From Candidatus Saccharimonadota bacterium (GTDB taxonomy: Bacteria; Patescibacteriota; Gracilibacteria; Absconditabacterales; Absconditicoccaceae), in NCBI GenBank assembly GCA_030429145.1, contig JAUIDC010000001.1:780001-812000 (forward strand): DNA of 32,000 nt, read 5' to 3'. The notes under the pieces are model-generated. The model was not told where the DNA came from. It saw only the letters and a program-made list of their open reading frames with translations, and searched no databases. The stretch's first letter is position 1. Each line of letters starts with the position of its first letter. Shown here in pieces: positions 8,992 through 19,299 of the stretch. Both the position numbers and the translations under genes were made by a program.

Positions 8992-9609
8992 ATGTCCCAG
9001 ATTTTTCAAAAGGTACAAGGTCCTCATTTGCATAGTGAAGATCATAGTTGGTATTCCTTTTATCAAACAGTGCAATCGGTATCAGAAGGTGTGTATTATT
9101 GTCTCCATGAGCACTACTCTCAAGATAATATTCTTACCATCAAGGTTCTTTCCTGTGCTGGAGATAAATGTTCGGCTATGGATATGCCCCTATTTATGCT
9201 TCACATTACTAATAACCTGGACTTCCTCTATCTCCAACATATTGGTATAAAGGACTACAGGAAGTATAAAGAGTATTGTGAATTGAGGGGGTTACCACTT
9301 GTTTTAGAGTCTCAGCTAGATCTGCTCCTTAAAGAAAGTGGTGCTACGTTGTCTGATTGGATCAAATTGATGACAGACCTTTCAGAGCGCCATGGTGGAA
9401 CAATGTCTGACCAGGATAGTTATCAAAATTCTTTCCTTTCTAGGCTCCCTCAGGTTCCATTGAGCGATGAAGAAGGAAAATACGTTCAGCATTTGATAGA
9501 TCGCTTGGTAAAAGCGGAAGGAAGCGGTGAAATAGCAGATGCCAAAATGTTCCTTGGTAATAAACTTAAAGAGCATATAGTTGGTTTTGTAGAGGGACAG
9601 ATGGCATAG
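8992..9609 (+). CDS. hypothetical protein (205 aa), paralog of 8007..8828
   Basis: Uninterrupted ORF with its own terminator and a shared KDYxxYxxYC block. Confidence 0.6.
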   Translation: MSQIFQKVQGPHLHSEDHSWYSFYQTVQSVSEGVYYCLHEHYSQDNILTIKVLSCAGDKCSAMDMPLFMLHITNNLDFLYLQHIGIKDYRKYKEYCELRGLPLVLESQLDLLLKESGATLSDWIKLMTDLSERHGGTMSDQDSYQNSFLSRLPQVPLSDEEGKYVQHLIDRLVKAEGSGEIADAKMFLGNKLKEHIVGFVEGQMA

Positions 9610-9648
9610 TGTTGATGTAGTGTTTATTTTGGTTTTGGTTTTGTTTTT

Positions 9649-9680
9649 GCAGCCGGGAGAATCCTCTCGGCTGTTTTTTG
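9649..9680 (+). terminator. rho-independent terminator
   Basis: gcagccgggaga pairs with tctcggctg (one bulge), followed by T6 at 9673-9679. Confidence 0.7.
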
Positions 9681-9718
9681 TTGTTTCAATTTGAAAGTAA
9701 ATCGCTACTCTGTCGGGT

Positions 9719-10759
9719 ATGAACTATGAGCGCTTTGATAGAGAAGATAAGAAAATATTTTTAGTAGATATGAGGCAGGATAAGAGTGCGTCAGGTTTTT
9801 CATCGTTGGCTGATGCGGGGATACGTAAGATGCTGAACGAAAAGAAAAAAGTACTTATTATTGCGTCGAAAAAGGGCTTCGCATCGTGAATGCTTTGCGA
9901 TGATTGCGGATTTATCCCGAAATGCGACCATTGTGACATCCCTATTGCTTTTCATAACGATCCACAAAAACAGCTTTATGGGATCTGCCATATCTGCAAG
10001 AAGCACTATCAGCCTTTTCCTACTTGTCCGAAATGCTCAGGATTTAACATTAAACTCTATGGGACTGGTGCTCAAAAGGTCGAGACGTTGCTAGAAAAAG
10101 AATTTGGTGCGAAGAATATCGTTACGGTTGATTCGGAGAGTGCAAATAGTCAGGCAAAGGTGAAAAAATTACAACTTGCTTTACCAGATGCGGATATTGT
10201 TGTAGGAACTTCCCTGTTAGCCACTCCTCCTGCAGATTGGAAGCCAGATATGGTGGTGGTGATGAATGCAGATGCAGGACTTCACATTCCTGATTATAAG
10301 TCGCACGAAAAGGTGTTCACAGGATTATCGACTATCGTGAATAATTACTCGAATAATATCATAGTCCAATCATATAAGAGTGATCATCCATCGATACGTT
10401 GTGCGTGTAGTGGCAATATGGATGAGTTTACTAAAACTGAAAAGGCATTTCGCAAAGATCATGGCTACCCGCCCTATGCACAGCTGGCAGTTATCCTCTA
10501 TAAAAATGAGATAGAACAAAAGATGTTTACCACGGTCAATAAACTCTATCAGGAACTCCTCTTTCTCAATGAAAAAAATGGTAGCAGTATCGAAATGTAT
10601 GCTACTCCTCCACTTGTTTACAAGATGTATGATAAATATAGATACAATATTGTCTTAAAGTGAGAAAATATTCGTCCATTTCTTGACGATGCGTTTGAAA
10701 AACTTAATATGTTTGGCCGCTGATTTAAAATAGATCGGATGCCTGAAAGTTTGGTATAA
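9719..10759 (+). CDS. priA: PriA-like primosomal protein N', C-terminal half only (Cys-rich region, degenerate helicase lobe 2, C-terminal domain)
   Basis: ATG 9719 has TAA 9698-9700 upstream in frame. The product starts MNYERFDREDKKIFLVDMRQ...KKVLIIASKKGFAS-G-MLCDDCGFIPKCDHCD...CHICK...CPKCSG...LYGTGAQKVE and ends ...YNIVLK-G-ENIRPF...FGR-G-FKIDRMPESLV. In-frame TGA lie at 9887, 10661 and 10721. The alignment by eye begins at about residue 400 of E. coli PriA. Confidence 0.75.
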
Positions 10760-10853
10760 GTCAATATATTATATCAGTCAAATATCTACTGGTAATCTTT
10801 TACCAAATATATATTTTATAGAACGTTTGTTTCATTATCGAAAGAATTATAGC

Positions 10854-13115
10854 ATGGATATACAGAAATATATAAGCGGACAGCTCAATCACGAACAGAC
10901 AAAAGCAGCACTTCATGCAGACACCTCTGCACTTATCCTTGCAGGTGCATGATCAGGAAAAACCAGAGTACTCACATATAAGATTGCCTATCTCATCTAC
11001 GAGAAAAAGATAAAACCAGCGCAAATTCTTGCGGTGACGTTCACCAATAAGGCCGCGAGAGAGATGAAAGAGAGACTGGTACACATCGCAGAAGAGATAG
11101 CAGATATGTCGCAGGAGAAATCCGCTGAACCGGTTGATTTCGATGCGATGATTGCCGGCGAAGCAACGGGGAACACAGGTGGCTCTATGCCTCGTTATGG
11201 GCTACAATCATTTCAGTGGATAGGAACATTTCATGGTATGTTCCTTAGATTTTTGAAAGAAGAGATGAAACATGTAGAAGATTTGGCATGGAATAGTAAT
11301 TTTTGAGTATATGATGAACAGGAGATAAAGTCGGTATTGAAAGAGATTATTAAAGAGTTGAAGATGGAAAATGATGTTGAAATCAAAGAAGCAAGATCGT
11401 TTATCTCTAAGCTCAAGTGACAAGGTATTACAGCGAAGCAGTTTGGCCATGGTAATGATGGCTATGAGCAAACTATGGGGATGATCTACGAAAAGTATGA
11501 GAAGAAGCTTCATGAGTGCAATAGTATGGACTTCGACGATCTCCTTCTCGTTCCCTACCTGATAATGAAGAAATATCCTGATGTTTTGAAACGTTGGCAG
11601 GAGAAATTTCGTTATATTCTTGTTGATGAGGCGCAGGATACCAACTGGATTCAGTTTGAACTTTTGAAACTCTTAACAGGAGGTGGAAGCAATATCACTT
11701 TTATCGGTGATGACTATCAGAGTATCTACCGTCGGCGTGGTGCAGTCATGGAAAATTTCTTACAGGTAAAGAAAATCTGGCCAGATATCGAAATATTTAA
11801 ACTACAAACAAACTATCGTTCGCGTCCACATATCGTTCACGCGGGTAATGCTATCATCAAACAAAATAGAAACCAATACGATAAAAATGTCGTACCTCAT
11901 CGTAGTGGCGAAGAGAAGATCATGGTCTTTACGCATGGTGATGAGACTGATGAGGCGATGACACTGATAGATCTCATGAAAAAGATCAAGAATGACAAAC
12001 AGAAACAGTGGGCTGACTTCGCTATTTTGTATAGAACAAATGCTCAGTCTGCTGTCTTTGAGCAAGTACTGCTTCAGGAAGCCATACCATATAAGGTCTA
12101 TGGTGGTTTTAAGTTCTTTGAGAGAAAAGAGGTAAAAGATGTACTCTCATATCTGAAATATCTACTCAATCCGAGAGATGCAGTAGCTCTCAAGAGAATT
12201 ATCAATACACCAAAAAGAAAGATTGGTCCTGATACGGTTGCAAAGCTCGAAGAGTATGCACAGGAGCATGGAGTGTCGTTTTCTGAGGTCGCTGAGCAGA
12301 TAGACATGATGCCAGTACCTTTGGGTCCTGCAGCACAGAAAGCTATCAGTCAATTTATGACCTCTATGAAGTTTCTAAAACAGTCTGCAGATGGACTTTC
12401 ACCTGCTCAACTGATCGATCAGCTTGTGAAGACTATTAAATATAGAGACTATCTGATAGATTCTGAATGACGCGAGATTGGTGAAGAAAAATACGAAAAT
12501 ATCGGTCAGCTTATCAATATTGCTTCAAAATATGACAGTGATGAGGTCGTTGATCTTAAAAATGGTATGGTACTCCTCTTGCAGTTTCTTGAAGAGGTCT
12601 CACTTATGACTGATATCGAGGAAAATGCTGAGGGAGAACTCGATGCGGTAAAACTTATGTCTGTGCATTCAAGTAAGGGGCTTGAGTTCTCTGTCGTGTT
12701 TCTTGTAGGATTAGAGGAAAATATTTTTCCGCTCTCAAAAGCCGCTTTTGATGATGCTGAGATGGAAGAAGAGAGACGTTTGATGTACGTAGCTATTACT
12801 CGTGCCAAAGACCATCTCTTTATCTCTCATGCAAATAGCCGTAAACAGTGGGGACAAACAAAATTCAATGAAGCATCTCGCTTTATTGAGGAGATACCTG
12901 AAGAACTTAAAAAGCCTTTTGATCTCACTGCAGGTTGACCTTCGGCTGGTCGCTACGTGGTACAGGCAGACCTTGATGCTGGAGACCAAGTGAAGCATAA
13001 GCTCTTTGGTATGGGTATAGTCGAAGAGGTGCGACGTGATGTCGCCGTGGTCAGATTTCAGAACGAGAAGTTTGGTGTGAGAAAGATAGAGGCGAGATTT
13101 TTAGAGAAGAAATAA
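10854..13115 (+). CDS. pcrA: ATP-dependent DNA helicase PcrA/UvrD (753 aa)
   Basis: Four track fragments share one frame. Walker A gca ggt gca TGA tca gga aaa acc reads AGA-G-SGKT, with TGA at 10950-10952. Other motifs are [41 protein letters not shown] and YVAITRAK. Five in-frame TGA. Stop is TAA 13113-13115. Confidence 0.92.
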
Positions 13116-13148
13116 GAAAAAGCCATCGGAGATCCCGATGGCTTTTTG
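13116..13148. terminator. bidirectional rho-independent terminator between convergent genes
   Basis: aagccatcgg pairs with ccgatggctt. An A-run precedes the stem and a T-run follows it. Confidence 0.7.
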
Positions 13149-13166
13149 TCTACCTGTTGTCTATAG

Positions 13167-13814
13167 CTATTGCATGACTTTCATGTTTTTTAGTTGTAAT
13201 TCTTGTACAATAGCATTCAAAATAGTGTTCTTCAATAATTCATGCTCTGGAGCAGCAGTCCGTAATATCTCCCATATTGATCTCTGTTCATCTGGATAGA
13301 TATTTTCAAAGAACTCTTCGGGCTTGCCTGAGATCTTGTTGAATATCCTTTGTCCTCCTGGTCCGAATGCTGGACTGGCTAATGCAGGGATAGCGTGTGA
13401 GCGCACAGCATTATACTCATGTATGATGTCATATGGGCTGGATGCATCATTATTACCTCCAATGAAAAGAACAAAGTCAGGCCTCAATACTTCAAACAAG
13501 AAGAACCTATGATCTGCTCTTATTTTTTCTATTTGTCCTTTGTTGGACCCATGCCTTGCGGCTGGATATGCAGCTTCTATATATTGGCTGTTCTCATAAG
13601 GGAAATGATTATGGAATGTATGTGTAGGAGCAGACTTTGCCGCTTCCTTAACCAACTCCCAGAGAGTGCCTCCTCCGGCATTGATAACGGTTACTCCTTT
13701 TAGAGCAAATAGAGACTCTAATAAGGAGAGAATGTCTTGTTCTTGTGCTGTACCGAATTTTGCTTCAACATGTGGAGAGCCGACAATTAAGATGTTTTTT
13801 TTGAAACCTTTCAT
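13167..13814 (-). CDS. Rossmann-like protein, possibly SLOG/LOG-superfamily (TIGR00725-like); function unknown
   Basis: ILIVGSP...(about 30 aa)...VINAGGGTLWELV...DFVLFIGGNNDASSPYDII resembles the Gly-rich LOG/SLOG layout. This is a weak by-eye assignment. No in-frame TGA. Confidence 0.55.
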   Translation of the reverse strand: MKGFKKNILIVGSPHVEAKFGTAQEQDILSLLESLFALKGVTVINAGGGTLWELVKEAAKSAPTHTFHNHFPYENSQYIEAAYPAARHGSNKGQIEKIRADHRFFLFEVLRPDFVLFIGGNNDASSPYDIIHEYNAVRSHAIPALASPAFGPGGQRIFNKISGKPEEFFENIYPDEQRSIWEILRTAAPEHELLKNTILNAIVQELQLKNMKVMQ

Positions 13815-13899
13815 GATATTTAATATTTAGTTTTTGTTAATATTTAGATTATTAGAAAATGATTGTATATTTATATTAAATTAAGTCAATATAATCGTT

Positions 13900-15426
13900 T
13901 TAGTGAATCTCTATCTGAAAGCTCACTGTCTTGATGCTGTTATCTGTTCCATTTTGCATCACATACAACGCATTATGAGAAAATGGCGTGCTGAAGAGCT
14001 CACTTGATTTCATCTGTCACTGGATGTTAGAGATGTCGACATGTTTAGGTGTGTAGACAACTCCTCTTGTTGACCAGACAGGATAGAGACCAAGGATTGT
14101 CTTTTCTCTGATGGTAAGTTTGATGCCGTACTTTTCTTCGAGAGCAGCTATCTCTTCTGGATATGAAGGTGGAATGTTGAGAGCATAGCTTATCTTCACA
14201 TCATACTTACCTGGAAGAAGGTCTTTGATATTGACGATGTCATGAGTCGTACTTAAGACTGTTTTCCCAGCTACGTCAGAAAATGTGATATGTTTCGTGA
14301 TAAACATGTCGATCTTATTGTAGCTGTTATTGTAATCTCGAAAATAGATTTGATCATCGCGGAAGCTGGTTGTAAGCCCTTGTGTTACCAATGATTTGGT
14401 AAGTCCTCCACCGATATCGTCAAGGTAGACATGGAAATAGTTGTTGTCTATAAGATGGCGGATATTTTTTACCATGTTTTTGATGATAGTATCCTTTTGT
14501 GTATTGATAATCTCGGCGACCTCTTTCATATAGTACTCTTTCTTGTTTGGAAGGTTTTCTCCACGGATAATATCAGTTGCTGCATTGGTAAACATCCACT
14601 CTCTGAGCTTCTTGTCAAAACCAGGGATAAGATCGGCAAAGGCTTCAGAGTTCACAAAAATAACTCCTCTTACCTTTTGATTGAACACTTTTTCGTAGAG
14701 AGTCTTGATGTTCTTTCCGTCTATATCAGTAAAGCCGAACTTATTGGATGCGAGGAAAGTAATGGTGTCTTCGCCCGAGAGGAAGGTATTTGTAGCCCAA
14801 GCTGGAGCTTGTAGTGTTGCGTACGGATCAACTTTGTTTGGATAGTAGCTGTCCATAAGCTGGATGTCCATAATCTTTGCATCTTTTATCGTCACAATAG
14901 CAAATGAACCAAAGAAACCGCCATTTGGACGTTTTTCTGCGCCATTTTGTAAGATGACGAGGTATCTTTGCTCCTCTTTTTCGCCTAGTAGCGAGAAAAT
15001 GTCATCGTTGTATTGTGAAAGATCGCTAACAAGGTCTATGATGCCTGCATAGTCATGGAGTCCAAGCTGCTTGAGTTGTTCTGGATTATTTGAGAGATAT
15101 TGCAGGATATACTGCATATTCCCCCTATTGTCTCTAATAAAGTACTCCTGCTCTTTGCTGTAGTTTTTCTTTACGTCGTTGATCGACATGATGAGATTGG
15201 CCGTCTTTTGATCCCACCCCATGAAATAGAAAGCGATATCTTCTAAGTTGTTCTCAAAAAGGTCCGTCTTATTTTCGGCAAAGACAAGCTTGGTGATGTT
15301 ATTGTAGAAAGCGAAACATGAAAACGCAAAAAAGACCAACACAACAAATCATCGATTGAGGTGTTTTACATAAAATTTCCAATCTCTCTTTTCTGGCTTC
15401 TTCCAGCCGAATTGGCCACTTTCCAT
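13900..15426 (-). CDS. DUF4012 domain-containing membrane-anchored protein
   Basis: YLVILQNGAEKRPNGGFFGSFAIVTIKDAKI is the signature DUF4012 block. The frame continues through TGA 15349-15351 upstream to ATG 15426, adding a basic N-terminus before the TM segment. It continues through TGA 14017-14019 downstream to TAA 13900-13902. Confidence 0.75.
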
Positions 15427-15559
15427 ACGCTTCTTGACGAGGTTGCTAACGGAACAAAAAATATTCACTGTAACCAATATAATTATACTAACAGGTAGGT
15501 GCAAAAACAAATGGAAAGCTTCTGCTATACATTAGTTAGCGTTGACAAGATGCTACGTT

Positions 15560-16747
15560 TTACTCTTCGTATCTAGGTTGCGCCCATCGAGAACCATACT
15601 CTTTTGACCAAAGAAATTCGAAGTTTGGATCTAAAGGATAGATAAGCTGTCCATTGAGGCGGATAAAGCCCTCTTGCAGACCTGCTGCTATGATAATACA
15701 TCTGACGTTTTGCTGTTCTTGACCTGCTCTACAAGTGGTATTCCAGCTGTTTTGTATCGTCCTACGGATAGCTCCATTTCTTTCGAGACATCCAAAACTA
15801 GTACCACACTGTGGCGTTGCATCGGCTGCTTCAGTGATCAGCTGGAGCTGCATTTCAAAGATGGCTTTATGGAGAGATCTTTTTGCGTCCTCACCATTGA
15901 TATCGTCTTCGCTATCTGCAAGATTGAGATATCTGTCGAACCAGAGCGTTGCACTCTTTAGATGCTCACCTCCTCTTCCATAGACAAGTGCTGCCATGAG
16001 GGGCGTAAGGCTTGGTGCATCATCATGAAAGGCTGAGATCCTGTACTGTAGTGCAGAATCCTCTGCGTTCTGGAGAAAGTAGAAGTAATTAAACGCCATA
16101 TAGTGTGGTATCTCATAGCTTTTACACGGATTACGATGCTGTGTATCAGTTTCATCATATACTACTCCGATAAATGTTTCCTGAGTCATACCAGTGATAG
16201 CGCTCATCTTTTCTGCATCACAGAGGAAATATTCGCCTTTAGCTGCAAGTTTAATCGCATTCTCCCATGAACGTTTTCTGATGGCTAGAACTTCCTCTTC
16301 TTTTCCTTCTTCTATGGCAGTCCTTTGCATAGGCACCACGAGCTGAGCGAACCCATAAGGATATGCCCGATGTGGGGAAAGCGTTGTCAGTGTATCAAGC
16401 AACGTATAGAGGCCTTTGTCTCCATCCGAACCAAGATTTACGCCAATATACTGGATGCTACTTATCCACATGATATCTGCATAGAGCTGTTGCCAAGGCA
16501 TAAAGAGGCATGTTTTACCTGCTTCACGACAGTAGTTATTGTACTGAGGAAAGGTTGGGGTCTGGAAGATAGCGTGAGGTTTATTGCTAGAGATGTCAAA
16601 GTAGACAATATACGGCAATGGATTTACCTTCTCTAGTATGGGGCGATCTTCCAGTGGTCCTCTACGTAAAAAGAGCCGATTATACCCTCAAATAAGTGCA
16701 CCAGCAACAATGATAATAAGTCATGGTAGTATCACTTTTCTCCACAT
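15560..16747 (-). CDS. membrane-anchored hypothetical protein (395 aa)
   Basis: Track ORF 15560..16618 extends in frame through TGA 16688-16690 and 16721-16723 to ATG 16747. This gives an N-terminal TM segment, MWRKVILP-G-LIIIVAGALI-G-GYNRL. No family recognised. Confidence 0.6.
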
Positions 16748-16758
16748 CTTTTGTTATA

Positions 16759-17229
16759 TTATCATAAACGTAAATGTTTCATCTCTTTTTCAGCAAGTCT
16801 TGCAGTGTCTTTCTCTTTGATAATCTGTCTTTTCTCGACTTTACGTCTGAGTTTTCCTACTCCTATTTTTACTTTAATCAATCTTCTACTATTTTCATAT
16901 ACCACTAAAGGCACTATCGTTAAACCTGTTTTCGTCGTTGCGGCTACTATCTTTGCGAGTTCTTTCTTTTTAACTAGTAGGGTCCTTCTTCCTTTCGGTT
17001 CGTAGTCACCCACTCTGTCCGGATCGGCCTTTGAGTAGAGCGGAATGTCCATGTTTGTTATATAGATAGTTTTGCTGTCACGATCTACCTTGACGATGGC
17101 ATCTTTGATGTTTACATGCCCCGTTTTGATAGATTTTACTTCGTGTCACGCTAAAATAATCCCTACATCGTACTCTTGCTGGATATCGTAGTCGTTATAT
17201 ACGTGCTTGTTCTTCGTGATCGTACGCAT
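16759..17229 (-). CDS. smpB: SsrA-binding protein SmpB
   Basis: MRTITKNKHVYNDYDIQQEYDVGIILA-G-HEVKSIKTG, with TGA 17146-17148 at the conserved Gly of L-x-G-x-EVKS. Other motifs are PKGRRTLLVKKKE, GLTIVPL and GKLRRKVEKRQ. The gene ends TGA-TAA. Confidence 0.9.
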
Positions 17230-18687
17230 TTAGTCGCTGATGTTTTCAAATACTTCTTTGAGGTCAACACTACCGTGACCAAAATCTTTCATGTATTTTG
17301 CGAGATGTGGTTTCTTTTTCAAGAGATCTCCGAGTGATTTTATCAGGAAGTCATAATCTCCAGCCTTTGGGTAGACATATGTGCGAGGATCTAACAGTCC
17401 TGTTGGTCTGATGATCTGTTCAATAACCTGTTGGCTATGGTCTGCTTCGTATTGTGCAGGAGTCGCTGATACAAAGAGTGTTTTTGCTTTTTCTTTGATC
17501 TTTTCTACTTGAAAATTTGGTAGATTATGCTTGTCCCAGCCAACAATAGTAGAAAGTTCTTCAAAGTTCAATGGACGATGGTCTGCTGCTGAAGGGAGAC
17601 GGAATCCATGCTCAATAAGCGAGTTTTTTCTCGCTTTGTCTCCCTCTGGCATAGCGCGAAGCTGAGGTACTGACATGTGTGACTCATCGACGATCATGAG
17701 CATGTCATCGGGGAAGTAGTCGAAAATAGTGTAAGGAGCCTGCCCAGGTTGTCTCTTATCAAAATAGATACTGTAGTTTTCTATACCGTTTACAAATCCA
17801 GTCTCTTTGATCATCCTGATATCATACATCACACGCTTTTCTATCCTGTGTGCTTCGATATCTTTCCCTGCTTTTTTGAGCTCTTTTACTCTTATTCTCA
17901 TCTCATTTTCAATAGCCTTGAGAATGTTTTCTAAGTCTGACATGTCTTGTAGATACTGGGAACTTGGCCATATAAGACACTTTTTTACAGTGCCAAGAGA
18001 CTTAAATGAGATGGCGTCTTTGCTTTCAATAAGCTCTAACTTGTCATCATTGAAGTGCATGCGATAAATCACATTTTCAATAGATGCATAGACATCGAGA
18101 AGCTCTCCTCTTAGGTCAAATGTTCCTGGCTCTATCTTGCTTTGCATTGGCTTGTATTGCATGGCAATGAGCTGACGTTTGATAGTGTCACGATCGTAGG
18201 TCTGCCCTACTTCAAAGAAGATGCTATGTTTCTGGAAGTACTCTTTCTGTCCCAAACCATAGAGTGAAGATACAGAAGAAACGACAATAACGTCTTCACG
18301 GGTAAGGAGCGATGCGAGCGTGCCAAGGCGGTACATCTCAATTTCCTTGTTAATGGTTGCTTCCTTCTCGATATAGGTATCTTTATCTGCGAGATAGGCT
18401 TCAGGTTGGTAGTAGTCGAAGTAACTCACGAAATAGTGGACGGCATTGTTGGGAAAAAAGTACTTAAACTCAGTTGCCAGCTGTGCAGCAAGAGTCTTAT
18501 TGTGCGAAATAACCAGAGTTGGTCTCTGGAGTTTTTCGATGACATTTGCCATCGTAAATGTCTTACCTGTACCTGTTGCACCAAGAAGGGTGAGAGCTTT
18601 ATCTCACTTTTCAAATCATGAGACTATCTGCTCTATCGCTTGTGGCTGATCCCCTTGTGGTTCATACGCTGCCTCTAACTTAAACAT
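17230..18687 (-). CDS. uvrB: excinuclease ABC subunit UvrB, truncated after domain 1b (485 aa; C-terminal helicase domain and UvrC-binding tail absent)
   Basis: [44 protein letters not shown], with TGA at 18616-18618 and 18604-18606. Other motifs are YFVSYFDYYQPEAY, IVDESH, GFRLPSAADHRPL and IIRPTGLLDP. After that come 52 further aa, ending in an unrelated tail, and TAA 17230-17232, directly abutting the smpB ATG (TAAATG). Confidence 0.85.
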
Positions 18688-18776
18688 GTCCTAGTGATAG
18701 GGAAAACGAGTTTTTTTGCAATGAAAAAACCTTGATATCTTTATAAATACCAAGGTGTAATAATAAGGTGTCTAAG

Positions 18777-19205
18777 CTACCAGGTGAAATTTATTTCTTC
18801 ACAGCCACAACTTCTCCACAGTGCAAATTTATTTCCCGCCGGGTATTGATACAGTTTGCTATCAGAATTGTTTATCACAAACTCTGCTTTTATAGAATGT
18901 GTTGAGTCTTTTGCCTTTAACATTTTCCTGAAGATAACAGCTTCTGTCTCATAGAAACCATTTTGACCTAGGATAACAGTGTCATTGGTAGAGCCTCCTC
19001 TAATGTCGCTGGTTATGAGAACCAGTGTGCTGCCGTCCTTCTTTTCATTGATGGTTCCGCTTACAATAGTCCCATGGATAGTACGTGGGGAATCTACAGA
19101 ATATAATTGTAGTTCAGTCCCATTATCTATGACCTGAGTATTGCTTGAACCACAAGATGAGAATAAACAAATAGCAACTCCGATTGTAATGAGTAGTTGT
19201 TTCAT
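18777..19205 (-). CDS. putative lipoprotein (142 aa)
   Basis: Signal peptide with lipobox MKQLLITIGVAICLFSS-C-GSS. No family recognised. Confidence 0.55.
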   Translation of the reverse strand: MKQLLITIGVAICLFSSCGSSNTQVIDNGTELQLYSVDSPRTIHGTIVSGTINEKKDGSTLVLITSDIRGGSTNDTVILGQNGFYETEAVIFRKMLKAKDSTHSIKAEFVINNSDSKLYQYPAGNKFALWRSCGCEEINFTW

Positions 19206-19299
19206 ACAAATATTTTTTGAGGTTAATGATGACTTTTCTCAAAAAGAAAATACTCTCTTCGATGAGAGTATTTTACGTAATATAAGATATAAGTCAATA

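Noticed and set aside
9610-9660. T/G-rich simple repeat (ggttttggttttgtttttg) as a functional repeat or CRISPR-like feature
   Set aside because: It is a short low-complexity run just before a terminator. There is no spacer-repeat periodicity anywhere in the window.
10854-13115. Reading the fragmented genes (pcrA, dus, pepF, uvrB N-terminus, dnaN, ftsA, uppS and others) as pseudogenes with nonsense mutations
   Set aside because: Every interruption is TGA, never TAA or TAG. There are no frameshifts, homology continues colinearly, and the TGA codons sit on conserved glycines. Recoding explains all cases at once.
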